The notes under the pieces are model-generated. The model saw nothing but the letters and a program-made list of their open reading frames with translations. It ran no database searches and was not told the origin of the DNA. A stretch of DNA of 56,452 nucleotides, filler included, from Squatina squatina (lineage: Eukaryota): assembly GCA_031763465.1 (NCBI GenBank). It is 3 parts of 3 records of this genome, joined end to end, with 100 filler letters (N's around TTAATTAATTAA, not from the genome) between each part and the next. Parts side by side here need not be neighbours in the genome. Positions count along the whole stretch, not along the records: positions 1 to 15,182 come from JARFOE010596032.1; positions 15,283 to 30,252 come from JARFOE010000016.1; 1 more part is not named here. One strand, written 5' to 3'. Below are positions 10,690 through 23,265 of the stretch, piece after piece; the first letter of the stretch is position 1, and every line of letters begins with the position of its first letter. Made by a program: the position numbers and the translations under genes.

Positions 10690-11290
10690 TCAATCCAAGT
10701 TACGGACAGATGGGCAGCCACGTTTTGAATTATCTCCAGTTTATGGAGGATAGAGCTGGGGAGGTTGGCAGGAGGCGATAAAGGCGCGGATCATGGTTTC
10801 AGACGCAGATACGTTGATGTCAGATCTGAGACTGGCAAAATTATGAAGGTGGAAATGGGCTGTTGATTTCAATCTTTTATGAAGTAAAAAGCTCAATCAT
10901 TGATCAAATTTAAACCAAAGTTGTGAAGCGACTGGCTCAGCCTTCGACATGTGCTCGGTGGAGAGATTGAATCTATGCAAACAGAACGGAGTTTGTGATG
11001 TGATTGAAGACATTGGCTTCATTCATCAAAGTATTTAATTGGAGAAAATTTTTAGTCACCGAGTGCTGGATGGTGGACAATCAGCCTGATAGTTTTGAGA
11101 TGTTGGAGCTTTTGATAAATTGGAGGAGAGATAGGCTTAATTTATCCTTAGTGGACATGTGAAAACTCACTTTGTGTTGCCAGAAGATGTCAGCGAGGGG
11201 TAGAAAGCAGATTAGAAATAGGAGGGGTGAAATAAAAATCACTGGGGGAGACTAAAGGACACAGTGTGGGATCGGGAAGCAAAGACATTG
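10690..11290 (-). mobile_element. Degenerate L2-type LINE fragment
   Basis: Purine-rich stretch with motifs like the L2 remnant at 42805-44040 (gactggctcag; agaaataggagggg). Confidence 0.5.
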
Positions 11291-11304
11291 CTGGTGATTT
11301 TATG

Positions 11305-13258
11305 GGCTTCACCTAGTGTGGTACTGAGCACAAAACAAACAAAAGGAAGATACCAGTATTCATGCCCAGTCAGCTGCCCCCTCTCACCCAGTGTGAAGAT
11401 CCATGGCTGCAGGTGAACATTGTGCCCAGTGAGCTGCCCACTCTCTCCTGGTGTGGGGCTGATCTCCACACAAAGGGCAGGAAAATCCCAGGCTCTATGC
11501 CCGGCCTGTGCTGAGTGAGCAACACTCTGACACCCGGTATGGCACTCAGCCCCAAAAACAGAGATCAGAGTCTCCATGGGGCACATGTGTGCCGTGAGCT
11601 GCCCTCTCTCCGCTGTGCAGTACTGAGCCCCACTCAGGAGCAGGAAGTTCACTGTCTCCATGCTCAGCCTGTGGCCAAGGAGCCAGTTATTCTCACCCGG
11701 TGCGATAGTGAGCACTACAAAGGGAATAGGAAGATCCGGGCTGCAAAGTGGGTTGCCCTCTCTCATTTGGTGTGGTACTGAGCTCCTTAAAAGAGAAGGA
11801 AGATCCCAGCCTCCATGCCTGGCCTGTGCTAGTGAGCTGCTCTCCATCAGCCAGTGTGGCACTGTGCCTCGCACACAGAACAGGAGGATCCCAGTCTCCA
11901 TGTCCGGTGTGTGCCAAGTGAGCTTCCCTTTCTCAGTCTGTGTGGTACTGAGCCCCAGAGACAAGCAGGAAGATCCCGGGCTCCATGCCTGGCCTTTGCC
12001 AAGTGAGCAGCGCTCTCTCTAATCGTATGGTATTGATTCCGATACACAGAGCTGGAAGATCCCGTGCTGCACGACGGGACTCTGCCCAGTACACTGCACT
12101 GTCTCAACTCGGCTGATGCTGAGCCCCTCAAAAAGAGCAGAAAGAGAGATGCAATGCCTCGTAATCTCTCCTCTCTCACACTGTGTGATCTAAGGCCCAC
12201 AGAATTGACTACAAGATACCAGCTCCGTTACAGGGCCTATGCCCATTGAGCTTCTCTCCATCACACGGTGTGGCACAGTGGCACAACCACAGAGCAGGGA
12301 GATCTCAGGCTCCATCCCTGGCCTATGCCGAGTGAGCAACCCTCTTTCACCCGAAGTGGGACTGAGACCAACACACAGAGCAGCAAAATCCTCGATTCCA
12401 TGCACGGCTTCTGACCAGTAACCTGCCCTCACCAGGTTTGGTGTGAACCCCAGACACTGGGCAGAAAGATCTTCAGGTCCATGCGTGGCAAATTCCCAGT
12501 GAGCGGCGCTCTCTCATCTGCTGTACAGAACCCCACACACGGGGCTGGAAGAAACAAATGCTCCATGCCAGTCCTGGGTCCTTCCACTCTCACTCTGTGC
12601 GGCAAGTGCCCAGTGAGATGCTGTCTCTCATCCTGTGTGGTACTGAACCCGACACACGTGGCAGAACGATCCCAGGCTCAATACCTAGCCTGTGTCCAGT
12701 GAATTGCCGTCCCTCACCCGGTGTGTTGCCCCACAACATAGATGTGCAAAACCCCAGGCTACAAGCCTGGCCTATGCTCAGTGAGCTGCCGTCTCTCACA
12801 CATTGTGCGGCTCAGCCACACACTTAGAGCGCAGGAAGATCCCAGGCTTAAGCCGGTCTTTACCCAGAGTGCTGCCCTCTCTCCTGCTGTGGTACTGTGC
12901 CCAAAACACAGTCCAGGAGGATCCCAATTCCATGCCCCGCCGTGTGCATTGAGAATCGCTCCATCAGTGTGGCACACATACAGAGCAGAAAGTTCCCAGA
13001 CTCCATAGCTGGCATGTGCCAAATGTTTGGACTCTGTCAACCAGTTTGTTACTGAGCACAACACACAGAGCACAGCAATGTACCAGGCTCAATGTCCGGC
13101 CAGAACCCAGTGAGCTTCACACTCTCACTTGTTGTGGTACTGAGACGAACAAAGGGTTCCAAAAAATCACAGATTCCATGCCCATCCATTGCGCAGTGAG
13201 CAGCTCTCACTGACCCAGTGTGGTACTAAGCCCCGTTCGGAGCACAAAGATAACAGGC
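11305..13258 (+). repeat. Diverged ~86-bp satellite array, block 3 (over 20 monomers)
   Basis: Same monomer; runs directly into GPCR pseudogene copy B. Confidence 0.85.
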
Positions 13259-13755
13259 GGTGTTCTGGAATCAAAAGTCTGGGTAGCAATCATGTTTCTT
13301 CATTACATTATAAATCCGGGGGTCCATTTTTTATTATTCTGCTGCTCAATTTTTAAACAAACAGTCACATGTTGCTGCTAGCTGAGTCTGAAGGAGACAC
13401 CCGGATCACAACAGTGGGGAAATTTCCAGACACCCACCGATGGAGAGCTGAATTAAATCTATCTTTTTCCTTTTTCTTGTCTCTGGGAATGACATACTGT
13501 AATGAACCGTGTCTATCGTGTTTCTCATACTGTTATGAACTGTGTTTGTTGTTTTTCCTATTAGTGAATGAATGAGACAATTGTGGTCTGAGTCTGAATC
13601 TCTGCTTTATTTTGTGCAAGAAATGGACTTCATGCTCCAGCTCCTGAGTTGCTGCAGAAACACTTGCATTTCTGCCCTTCCCCAGTCTGATTCCAGAGAG
13701 CAGTTAGACTATGGTGAAATATCACTTTACTGTAACTGTAATGTACAGGAAGTGA
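13259..13755 (+). pseudogene. GPR139-like GPCR pseudogene, TM5 to C-terminus (copy B)
   Basis: VLESKVWVAIMFLHYIINPG, FFIILLLNF*TNSHMLL, PPMES*IKSI and FVQEMDFMLQLLSCCRNTCISALPQSDSREQL, with stops and frameshifts. Confidence 0.8.
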
Positions 13756-14624
13756 TGAGAAGAAGAGAAGAGTTTTCAGCATCAGAAATCAATTCCGCCT
13801 CATAGTCTCACCGACCCGCTCTCCGCCCCCGGCTCGGTGATGTAGATTATTATTAACGCACCCACTGACACACTGTGTACTTCATAATCCGCCACCAGGA
13901 ACACGCTGTCTTCTTTAAAACACTTCCACTGAGCTCAGGAATATGGACACTCTGTCAGAGACCACAGGTTAAGATTAACTGAGTCACTGAGACACTCTGT
14001 CTGTCCCACTTGACGACCAAACTCTGAGAACAACCACTAAAACACCCGCACAGACACTTGGCTGATCGATGCACCCTGTGATTATTGACTGAATCGCAGT
14101 ACACACTGAACACAATAGAACACCAGGAGATACATTCTTTGTGAAATCAATTTATCCTACAAATCCACAATAAATATTAACATACACATAGAGAAACATT
14201 TTTCACAGTAACACACTGTCATGTGTTCCTGTGGACAAATCGCACTTACTCTGTTGCCTCCCCCTCTCTCGCTCGGTCTTTCACACCCACACACTCACTC
14301 TCTCGCCTGGCCCGCCTCAACTCACATACTCATCTCATTAACACACACTCTGTTTTGCACTCTTGTTCTCAGATAATATTTATTATGGCTGGCTGGACAC
14401 ACCTCAATCTCTCTCGTTTTTTCCACACTCATGCTCTCACTCACTAGCTCTCTACTGCCCTCTTTCACTCTCTCACCTGTCTGCCCCATCTCTCTCTCAT
14501 ACTTACTCTTCCGACTGGCCTGCCTCACATGCCTTTTTCCCTTTCTTTCTCTCACTCACATTCTCGCCTCGCCTGCCTTACATCATTCTTGGCCTCTTAC
14601 ATGAGCTCACTCTCTCACCTGGCA

Positions 14625-15052
14625 TACATGAAATAAGGAAATGGCAGAGAACTTAAACAAATCCTTTGTGTCTGTCTTGGAAGAAGAAGACACAAAACAG
14701 CCCAGAAATACTGAAGAACCAAGGGTCTGGCAAGGATGAGGAACTGGATGAAATTAGTACCAGCTAGAAAATAGTACTCGAGAAATTAATGGGAATGAAA
14801 GTCAGTAAATCCCAAGGAGCTGATCATCTACATACAGGGGTTCTGAAAGTGGTAGCGATACAGATAGTGGATGCACTGGTAGTCATCTTCCAAACCTCTA
14901 TACATTCTAGAAGGGAACCTGCAGTTTGGAGGGTAGCAAATGTGATCCCACTAATAAAGAAAGAAGGGAGAGAGAAAACCGGGAACAACAAACCTGTTAG
15001 CCTGATAGCATCAGTGGGGAAATGCTACAATCTATCATAAAGGATGTGATGA
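14625..15052 (+). mobile_element. CR1 ORF2 fragment, paralogous to 2715-3125
   Basis: KSQGADHLHTGVLK...WRVANVIPLIKKEGREKTGNNKPVSL. Confidence 0.85.
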
Positions 15053-15054
15053 GA

Positions 15055-15182
15055 CTTAGAAATATAGCAACATAAAAAATAGGTGCAGGAGTAGGCCATT
15101 CGGCACTTCGAGCCTGCACCGCCATTCAATATGATCATGGCTGATCATGCAACTCAGTACCCCGTACCTGCTTTCTCTCCAT
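15055..15182 (-). mobile_element. Young CR1/HE1-type 3' tail at a contig end
   Basis: aaaataggtgcaggagtaggccattcgg...ttcgagcctgcaccgccattcaatatgatcatggctgatc is near-identical to 32500-32612 and 56352-56452. Confidence 0.85.
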
Positions 15183-15282
15183 NNNNNNNNNNNNNNNNNN
15201 NNNNNNNNNNNNNNNNNNNNNNNNNNTTAATTAATTAANNNNNNNNNNNNNNNNNNNNNNNNNNNNNNNNNNNNNNNNNNNN
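15183..15282. other. Artificial scaffold-joining spacer (N44 + TTAATTAATTAA + N44)
   Basis: Palindromic six-frame-stop 12-mer at 15227-15238, centred in a 100-nt N run. Confidence 0.97.
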
Positions 15283-16439
15283 AGCTCATATTCCAGATTG
15301 CCGCGATGAGGAAATCAGAGACTATCCTGAGTGGTTAATTCTACCTAAAGCTATTTCAACAAAATCCTCTTTCCTACTTATGCATTAAGGTGCCCTAGAA
15401 TTCCCATGGTTTCATGCCTCCAAGTCGGGTGGGCTTTAGACTTTCCCAGGAAGATAAGGCGGGCTTGCTAATTAATCGCAGCTTGCAAAAAGCGGTAATC
15501 CGCATTAAAGTTTTCACAGTCATTAGTGAGTGCAGAAATTAAGTCTAGACAGATTTATGGCATTATTTCTGATAAAAGGTCTCACAGCCTTTCTTTGTAG
15601 CTGGAGATTTAATGGCATGAAATACCTTTTTCAGGTCAATGGATTAATTACGTTATTCTTTTCTCACACTTCTTTCTGACGAATACCCATCAAGTCTGGT
15701 GCCTTTAATTTTCCCTTGTTGACACATACAACCTGGGGGATTTTTGCTTTATTCAATTAGAAATAGCAAGTAAATTGCAGCATTTAATGCAATCACAAGA
15801 GACTCCTTACAAGGCTCACATATTTCTCTTTTTGCTGTCGTCCCTTGTCGCACAAGATGGATGTAAGTAGTATTGTATTGCAAATTGCAATCAGCATCGC
15901 AAATAATGAAGAGCTGTCCTCAACCAAACCTTGTACATGAATCAGTGATGGGGAGCTGGATATCTAAAGCGGACGTATGGACCCAAATGGTGCATCATGC
16001 GTTATGTGAACCTATATTCAATGCTAGTTATATCAGATATTACTGAGCAAAAGGAGAAAGATCATGAAAGCTCTTCAGACCATTCATATAATGTGAACTT
16101 AATGCAGGTATGCTTAACATCACAGACTATACACATTGAATAAATGTTTTTATGCTATTTTACGCTCATTGAGCAGGAAGAAGCTAAAGGAAATTATTGG
16201 CCCGGAATTTGTGGTCATCAGCAAAGCAAAGGCGCTGGCCCCGAAGTGTGTTTCGCACAAGATTCTCGTGATCCCCATGTTGAGAATTTCGGGTTTTCTG
16301 ACCTTCAATTCAATTCAACGGAACTTCATGCAGATCCCCTTGTGCGAAGTGTTGTGATGTCAACAGACTGTCTAAGCAGCCAATCAAAAAGCAAAATTCT
16401 CAGACAGTGATCCAGGAAGTGGAAAAGCTCTTAGTGGGG

Positions 16440-17072
16440 TACAAAGTGGGGTAATTTGCGCCTCCCGTTAGCGATTTTGCGACCGGGCGCTGTGCCACTA
16501 ACCACTCCTGCTAAATGTGGCGTGAGTTCAGTGACTACGCTACGGCATTGTGCCCCGATCTTCTGCGCCCCGAGATTGTGACATCATAGCTGTGCGCAGC
16601 GCCCTGTTAGCACGCCGGACCCTAAATTGAGTATCGACCCCTGAAGCTGAGCCGGGCGATCACGGCAACATTGTCAGGGGGCAGCTGGCTGCTCGCGGGG
16701 CGAAAGTTAAAGGGGAGGTGGGCCGCTGTTCATAAAAAAAAATGGCCGATTTCCTTGGCACTTTGAACGCGGGGTCTGTGCCGCAGTCAGTCAGGGATGC
16801 TGGCACGGTACCCCCGATCTCTGGCGGTCCAGGTAGGACCCTTTTAATCCTGCTGAGTTTACAGCCTGGGCCCTTCCATTTAATTCAGGGAAGAGCCCCT
16901 CCTACGCAGCAGCCGCTCCCAGTGCGTAGCACTCCCGAGCTACTGCCGTAGAAAGGAAGTGGACGCTTGAGTTAGCGCCTCCTTCCTTGTGGGGGCGGTA
17001 ACCCCAATTTCTTGAGAGAGAGAGAGAGAGGCGAGGTGTCACGCCTCGCGAGTGTGACCGAATTTCTAGCTC
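16440..17072. mobile_element. GC/CpG-rich non-autonomous DNA transposon-like element (possibly Harbinger-derived)
   Basis: Abrupt GC-rich island in AT-rich DNA with no credible ORF. Ends (ggggtaatttgcg...cgaatttctagc) resemble termini at 16199, 21287 and 23795-23805. Confidence 0.4.
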
Positions 17073-17510
17073 TAGGTCTCTATGCAGCTGCACAAGCAAA
17101 TTGAGCTCTGCATTTCATTCCCATTTGTTTCTCCAGGAATGAGAGTGATGAAGTGAGAAACAAACTCGAGAATGGAGTCGGGAACCTGCTCGCTGTAAGT
17201 GGGTCAGCGTCCGCCGCTGAAACAGCAGAGACAGGAAGTTGATATCCATGGGTTCAACACCAGAAGGAATTTCTCCCCCTGTATGTGAGACTTAGGCCAA
17301 AATATTAACAACTGGCATTAAAAGGAAGGCAATGGGAGACGATTCAGCGCTGGTATCCAGGGTCAAAAAAAAGCATCCAGGCTGCTGGTTGGTGAATAGC
17401 TACGCTCATTAGATAGGAGCTGGGACACTGAGAAATGTCCAGTGTCAGAGAGTGAGCTGGAAACCCACCAGTTCTTTAACCTCACTCTGTTCCCCAGTAA
17501 CTCCGTGGAG

Positions 17511-17610
17511 NNNNNNNNNNNNNNNNNNNNNNNNNNNNNNNNNNNNNNNNNNNNNNNNNNNNNNNNNNNNNNNNNNNNNNNNNNNNNNNNNNNNNNNNNN
17601 NNNNNNNNNN
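17511..17610. other. 100-N assembly gap (others: 18524-18623, 20693-20792, 21494-21593, 23509-23608, 24785-24884, 26089-26188, 32613-32712)
   Basis: Runs of exactly 100 N, which denote gaps of unknown size. Confidence 0.98.
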
Positions 17611-20600
17611 TTGATTCTTTTATGAAGATTGTTTTGCATTTGTAACAAAATGAGACAAATGTGGCGCCTGAAGTGTGACAAACGTGTTAGATACAAAACC
17701 TTTATATATAAATACCAAGTGGACACTGAAACCAAACGACACCATGCAGGGTTCAGGCTACTGAGCTCGGTTACAAAATTTAATTTTTTTTTAAAAAAAG
17801 CACTAACAGGATGTTTGCGAGAAGAATTAAAGGATGTGGGCAGGATGTTGCATAAAATGGTTTTTTTACAGCTATTGAATAGCTCTGTGTAGAAGGATTG
17901 TTCAGGAAACTAGTTGAAACAACTAAATAAGATCAGGTTAGGTTTATTATTTGGGAAGTGTCCATGTCAGGGAAATCCAACACTGCTAAAAAAGCAGCAA
18001 AATAAGGAAAGACATAATATTAATTGGATTCCCCAAAGACGGGATTTGCTTATCCAGACCACCCACGTGAAATGTAAGAAAGAGTTATTGTTCTGTGTAT
18101 AACTTTGGGGTGGGTGGAAATTACCTTTACCCTACATTCCTGGTTTATGACCTGTGATTGCCAAAAACTACCTCTTGAATGTGGCTTCGGGCTCCATGGT
18201 CACTCAGTTGATTTAGGAAATGAGGCAGATGTTTGAGGAGTGTCCCAGGCTGGATTCCCAGTCTGTGCTGTGTGAGTTTGTTTCAGCTGGCTACTACAAT
18301 TGGCCTCAGTACCCCGTGGTTCAAATTGGACAAGCTCCCACTCGATATATTTCCAAGTCAGGATAGTGTGTGACTCGGAGAGGTACTTGGAGATGGTGGT
18401 GCTCTCATGTGCCTGCTGCCCTTGTCTTTCTTGGTGGTAGCGGTCGCGGATTTGGACTAGTCCTCTGTGCAACCTTTATTCCATCTCCCCGCCATTTCCC
18501 CCATTCCCCCCCCCATTCTGAACNNNNNNNNNNNNNNNNNNNNNNNNNNNNNNNNNNNNNNNNNNNNNNNNNNNNNNNNNNNNNNNNNNNNNNNNNNNNN
18601 NNNNNNNNNNNNNNNNNNNNNNNAAGTCTTCACCCTCTAGGTGATGGGCTGCCTTCAGTTTTTCTTTCTTTTTTGAGTTCACCCTAGGAAGGATTGGCCA
18701 AATCCAAATCTCTTTGGGGTGTGTCATTTTATTTGGTGAAATGTTTTTTTGGTTTGAAGGAAGCCATAGCACCTACAACATATGCTAGGACAATATCAAA
18801 GAGCTTCATAATGTTTATCCATGGAGGTTACTTTTCTTAAAAACCCCACCCATTGTGGATGGACTATCCAATAAATCCAGCCTTGAGGAAATCATCTTTG
18901 CCATAATTTTATAGCAAGAACTAATGAGTAAATTGGAACAGTAATTACTACATTCCAAAGAATCTTTTCCTTTGGCAATGTTGTTCTCAGCATTTCAGGT
19001 AATTGATTTTTCCTAGTCTGGTATTAAACACCCACACCCTTGCACCACTTACAATTCCCCACCCAAGACATTAGCTAACTAAGCTTGTTCTAGGCATATG
19101 CATTTCTGTAACAAAGCACTTGGAGCAGAGTGAGAGAACATGGAAAAACTGCAGAGGAATCCCAGGCCTTTCCTTGATGGCTCCCACTGATGGCCTGTCT
19201 GAGATTGGCAACTTGCGGTTCCTACCGCTCCAAAGCAAAATATGTTCATACACCAATGAGCTATACTACTAAATTTCTCAGCTTAGATAGCGCCCATGGA
19301 CAGCTGATGAGACAGCACCATTGATAACAGTCATAAAGAACTCTCCCCTGTTGAAAGGAAAATGCATGAAGGTAAGCTGCACCATTAGAAAACAAATAAA
19401 GAAGGAGCGAGGTTGATTAAAATGCATTCTTTTAGTCCTTCGCTACAGTTTACCTAAACAAGTTTGGGTTGAATCGAGGCTTCACCTGCTTCACCGCTGT
19501 AACTTTGGCAGAAGTTTGGTGGAAGCCCCATTTATGGACTCATTTTGGATTTAGTTTAGCAATAAATACAAGCTTCGTCATTCTTTTCAGGATGATGATA
19601 GACTTCTAAAACTTGTTCGGTGGTTGGCATTTTTGCTGCATGTTTTTTTAAATGTTGCTACAGACTGAAAATTTATGTTACAGTGTACAATGATAATTAA
19701 ACTGCTAAATGGTGCTGAATTTAACTGCACTTGCATCTCCACAGTAAGAAAACATTATGCAAAACCACCAACATGGAAGGTAATGTGAGACGATGCTGCT
19801 CATGAGGATTATTGGCAATGATGGACAACATTGTAAAGCAGGCTACTGGGGAAACATCACAAATGCAGCTATGTTTACTGACCTAACCAGTGAAACCAAT
19901 CTGAGGAAGTGGCATGTTAATGGTTTGACATATCCAGTTCAAATATTTTCTAATGATAGAAATAGAATCACATCCATCAAGGGTGAAGTTTAACATCACC
20001 TCAAGTACAAGAGACACAGGCCTGCTGCACAGCCACTGTAATGCTCACCCGGACACATGTTCACTGTTGACGTACAGTGTAGATTCTGACTACTTAGCAT
20101 CTTTTGATCTACTTCTGAGGAATTGCAGCACCCCACCCTCCTTAGAAAAATAAGCAAGCTGATGCTCCATAGAGTAATGCAAAACCCGTGAATTCACTTA
20201 AACCACAGAGGTAGGATGTGAGATGGGCTTAATCTGTTATTGGTAAAATATGCACCGTGGATAGCAGGTGAAAGGAAAGACCTGCGTTTATTGTCAAACC
20301 GCAGCTGCCAACCACATAAGCTTTGCAGAAAACCGGATTTCCTCATTGCAAAGCTAACAGCAACTACATGGCTTAATCAATGGGGTCCATCAGTGAAAGC
20401 ATGTTTATCAATCACAATTTTGTAGATTCAAATCTTTTGTTTCTTTTTGTAAGGGTCATAGATTTTATCTCTGACAGTTCAAAAGAATTGGTTTGGAACA
20501 ATGGAACTTTATGACCAAGGAAAGTTTTCCCAGGTGAGTTTCTGATCTTGGCAGTGCTGCCTTGAAAGAGGGTAACAGTAATCTAAGAGCAAATCAGCCT

Positions 20601-23144
20601 GGAATGCTCTTGTACACCCACAGGAAGCTGTTGTAAAGGGATGCCCAGTGTGGTCTAAATGCAAAGCAACTTATTTTATTTATTTATTTTTANNNNNNNN
20701 NNNNNNNNNNNNNNNNNNNNNNNNNNNNNNNNNNNNNNNNNNNNNNNNNNNNNNNNNNNNNNNNNNNNNNNNNNNNNNNNNNNNNNNNNNNNGAACACTG
20801 TAATCTTGTAAACAGATTGCAACGTTTTTGAATGACTCATACTTCATTTACAGTACAACCCATAGAGTGCACAACACAGCATTAGAGATTATCATCTGAA
20901 AAACAAAGGTTATCAGATGGATTCGAACCTCAGTTTCCATCAATTACGCAAACAAGGCTAGTCTTCAGATTGCATATTCATATAAATTCAAAGGGAGTGC
21001 TGTTGAACCCAGACACAAATAGACCAAGATTAATGTTATTTGCATTTTGCTGCCGGGTAATACTCCAAATGGAGTTTTAGGCCTGAGATTTCTTCTGAGG
21101 GGTAATGTTAACACTGCTGTTAAGAGTGTGTTGTCACTAATGCTGGTGGTGATCAGTTGCAGCTGATGGCGTGCAATAGGATAGGTATGGGTTGGCAAAA
21201 CCTGACAATTTAACATTTTTAAACATAGGTAGAGATAAGGCCTGTTTTGGCGTAAGGTTCATCACATTTCCAATCAGCTGAAATCATGGGGCTAGAATTT
21301 CTGTTTTGGGCACAACTGTCAATCTGGGTGCAAATTACATTGGTTTTCTGAACTGAAGTTATGGTTCAAGTTTCCGCTGAAACTTATTTGCATAAATCAC
21401 AAACATAGGCCATGATTTTCCCTACCGAGGCAGGTCCGCGGTGGGCGACGTCGGTGGGGGTCTCAGCCCGGCTGTTGGCTCAATCCTGGCTTGNNNNNNN
21501 NNNNNNNNNNNNNNNNNNNNNNNNNNNNNNNNNNNNNNNNNNNNNNNNNNNNNNNNNNNNNNNNNNNNNNNNNNNNNNNNNNNNNNNNNNNNNAATTGTA
21601 AAGTGGCTAATTGGGGGCTTCACTGAAAATTTTCAAAGAGTCCCATTTCCAGCACTAAATTCAGCACTTAACGCTAGAAACTTTAAAAACCCGAATTGGC
21701 CGCCCTGAATCCACCTCCCCCACAACCCTCTTCAGCCCGTGCTGGGGAGGGGGTGAGCGGTTAACATCGAGACCTATGATTCTATAAGCTGTACTCAAAA
21801 CCTCTGCATAATCACAACCAAAGGGCTGAAGAGTAGAAATCCTCCGAGTCACTGGTGGTTATCAGTGCTTTGACGTTGTAATTAGCTGGGCGCTTCACCC
21901 ACCAGAACTAAATAAAACACTAAGTGCTGGACATCTTTTTCAAAGATTAGGTACAAAAACAGTGATTTAACAGAGGGCAGAAGTGCAGGAACAACTAGTT
22001 AAGTAATGATGGGTTCCTGTGTTCCTGTGAGCCAGTAATGCTGGAATGGTAAAGCTGAATTTAAAGCCATGTTACTATCTGGCATGACCTGTGGTTCTGA
22101 GTGCCAATCTGATTAAAATATAACAGCCCTTGTAACCACTAATGATATAATGGAAGATATCCTACCCTTTAATCTGCAGTAAAATACCCTCACTTCCTGA
22201 GGTTACCCTAATTTCAGTCATTTTAATGAAAGCTTTTCTGAAGTGCACAACTGGCCGGCCTGTGGCAAGTGAGCTGAGCGGCCACTTAATGAGATGGAAA
22301 ATACCCATGACTCCATCGTTTTCAACTTAAAATTATCTCTACGGTGAAATCTGTTTTTTTTTATCCTTGTTGTGCTAAATAAACAGAACTTGTTCTTCAT
22401 ATGTTCAACACATTTAGAAACCGTGGCAGGGACTTAAACAGGATTTCCTGATAAAGAACAGGAAGGGCCTCCTACTGCCTGGTGCCTACCAGCTTGCAGG
22501 CAAGTGGGAAACACATCTTCTTAAAGCAGAGCGCGTCTATTGTTTTCTTTTTACCGTCGGCACTATTAAAACTCTGCAGAACAAACGCAGTCTGGGAGTA
22601 GAGTTAACATCAGGGCTATCGCAGTCCTCCACACAACTAATCCTCTGGAGCAACTTTATATTTAAATAAATGCACTCCGAATCTGTTTATCAAATCAATG
22701 AAAAAGCGCGTAAAAGCTGAGCCTCGTACAAGCCAGCATGTTGTTGACGCCCAAGGAAAACTTGATAGAATGGGAGTCGCTGCCTGTGTTACCCAAAGCT
22801 TCTTTGTTTGATTGTGATTTGGAGCTAAACTCATCTTCAAAGGCATCAGCAAGTCTACAGTATCTTTACTTTGGCCATTTGATCTTATTTGAAAACAATG
22901 AAAATGAGAACAATTCAACCCTTAGTCTGTCAACGTGTCCCTTTAGGAAAAATGTGGAACTGTACTGGGAACAATTGCTGCTTCTGATGAGGAAATCCAC
23001 CCTGAAGGACAATCAATCAACGTGGTTTCATTTGGTGTAATAATATCGCTCAGCCTGCCGGCATTGCAAGGGATAGCAGATCTATTCTGTGCTGCTGGGT
23101 TACCAGGATCAACGCCCTAACCCCAGCCCCACACCCTGCTCTAC

Positions 23145-23265
23145 CCCCACAGCAAAGTTCCAAAAACAGCAGTGAGATAAGTGACAAGATAATCTGTTTA
23201 GTGGAGTTGGTTGAGGGATAAATGTTGGCCAGGACACCGGGAGAACTTCCCTTCTCTTCATTGAA
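23145..23265 (-). mobile_element. Deu-domain SINE fragment (SacSINE1/AmnSINE-like)
   Basis: Reverse complement reads ggtgtcctggccaacatttatccctcaaccaac...aaacagattatcttgtcacttatctcactgctgttt, matching the recalled Deu core. Confidence 0.7.

Noticed and set aside
15227-15238. TTAATTAATTAA as a biological site (PacI or piggyBac TTAA)
   Set aside because: It is centred in N runs twice in identical form, so it is a synthetic linker.
16440-17072. CpG-island promoter or second bacterial insert
   Set aside because: No recognisable ORF or bacterial codon pattern, and the termini resemble other dispersed elements in the window.
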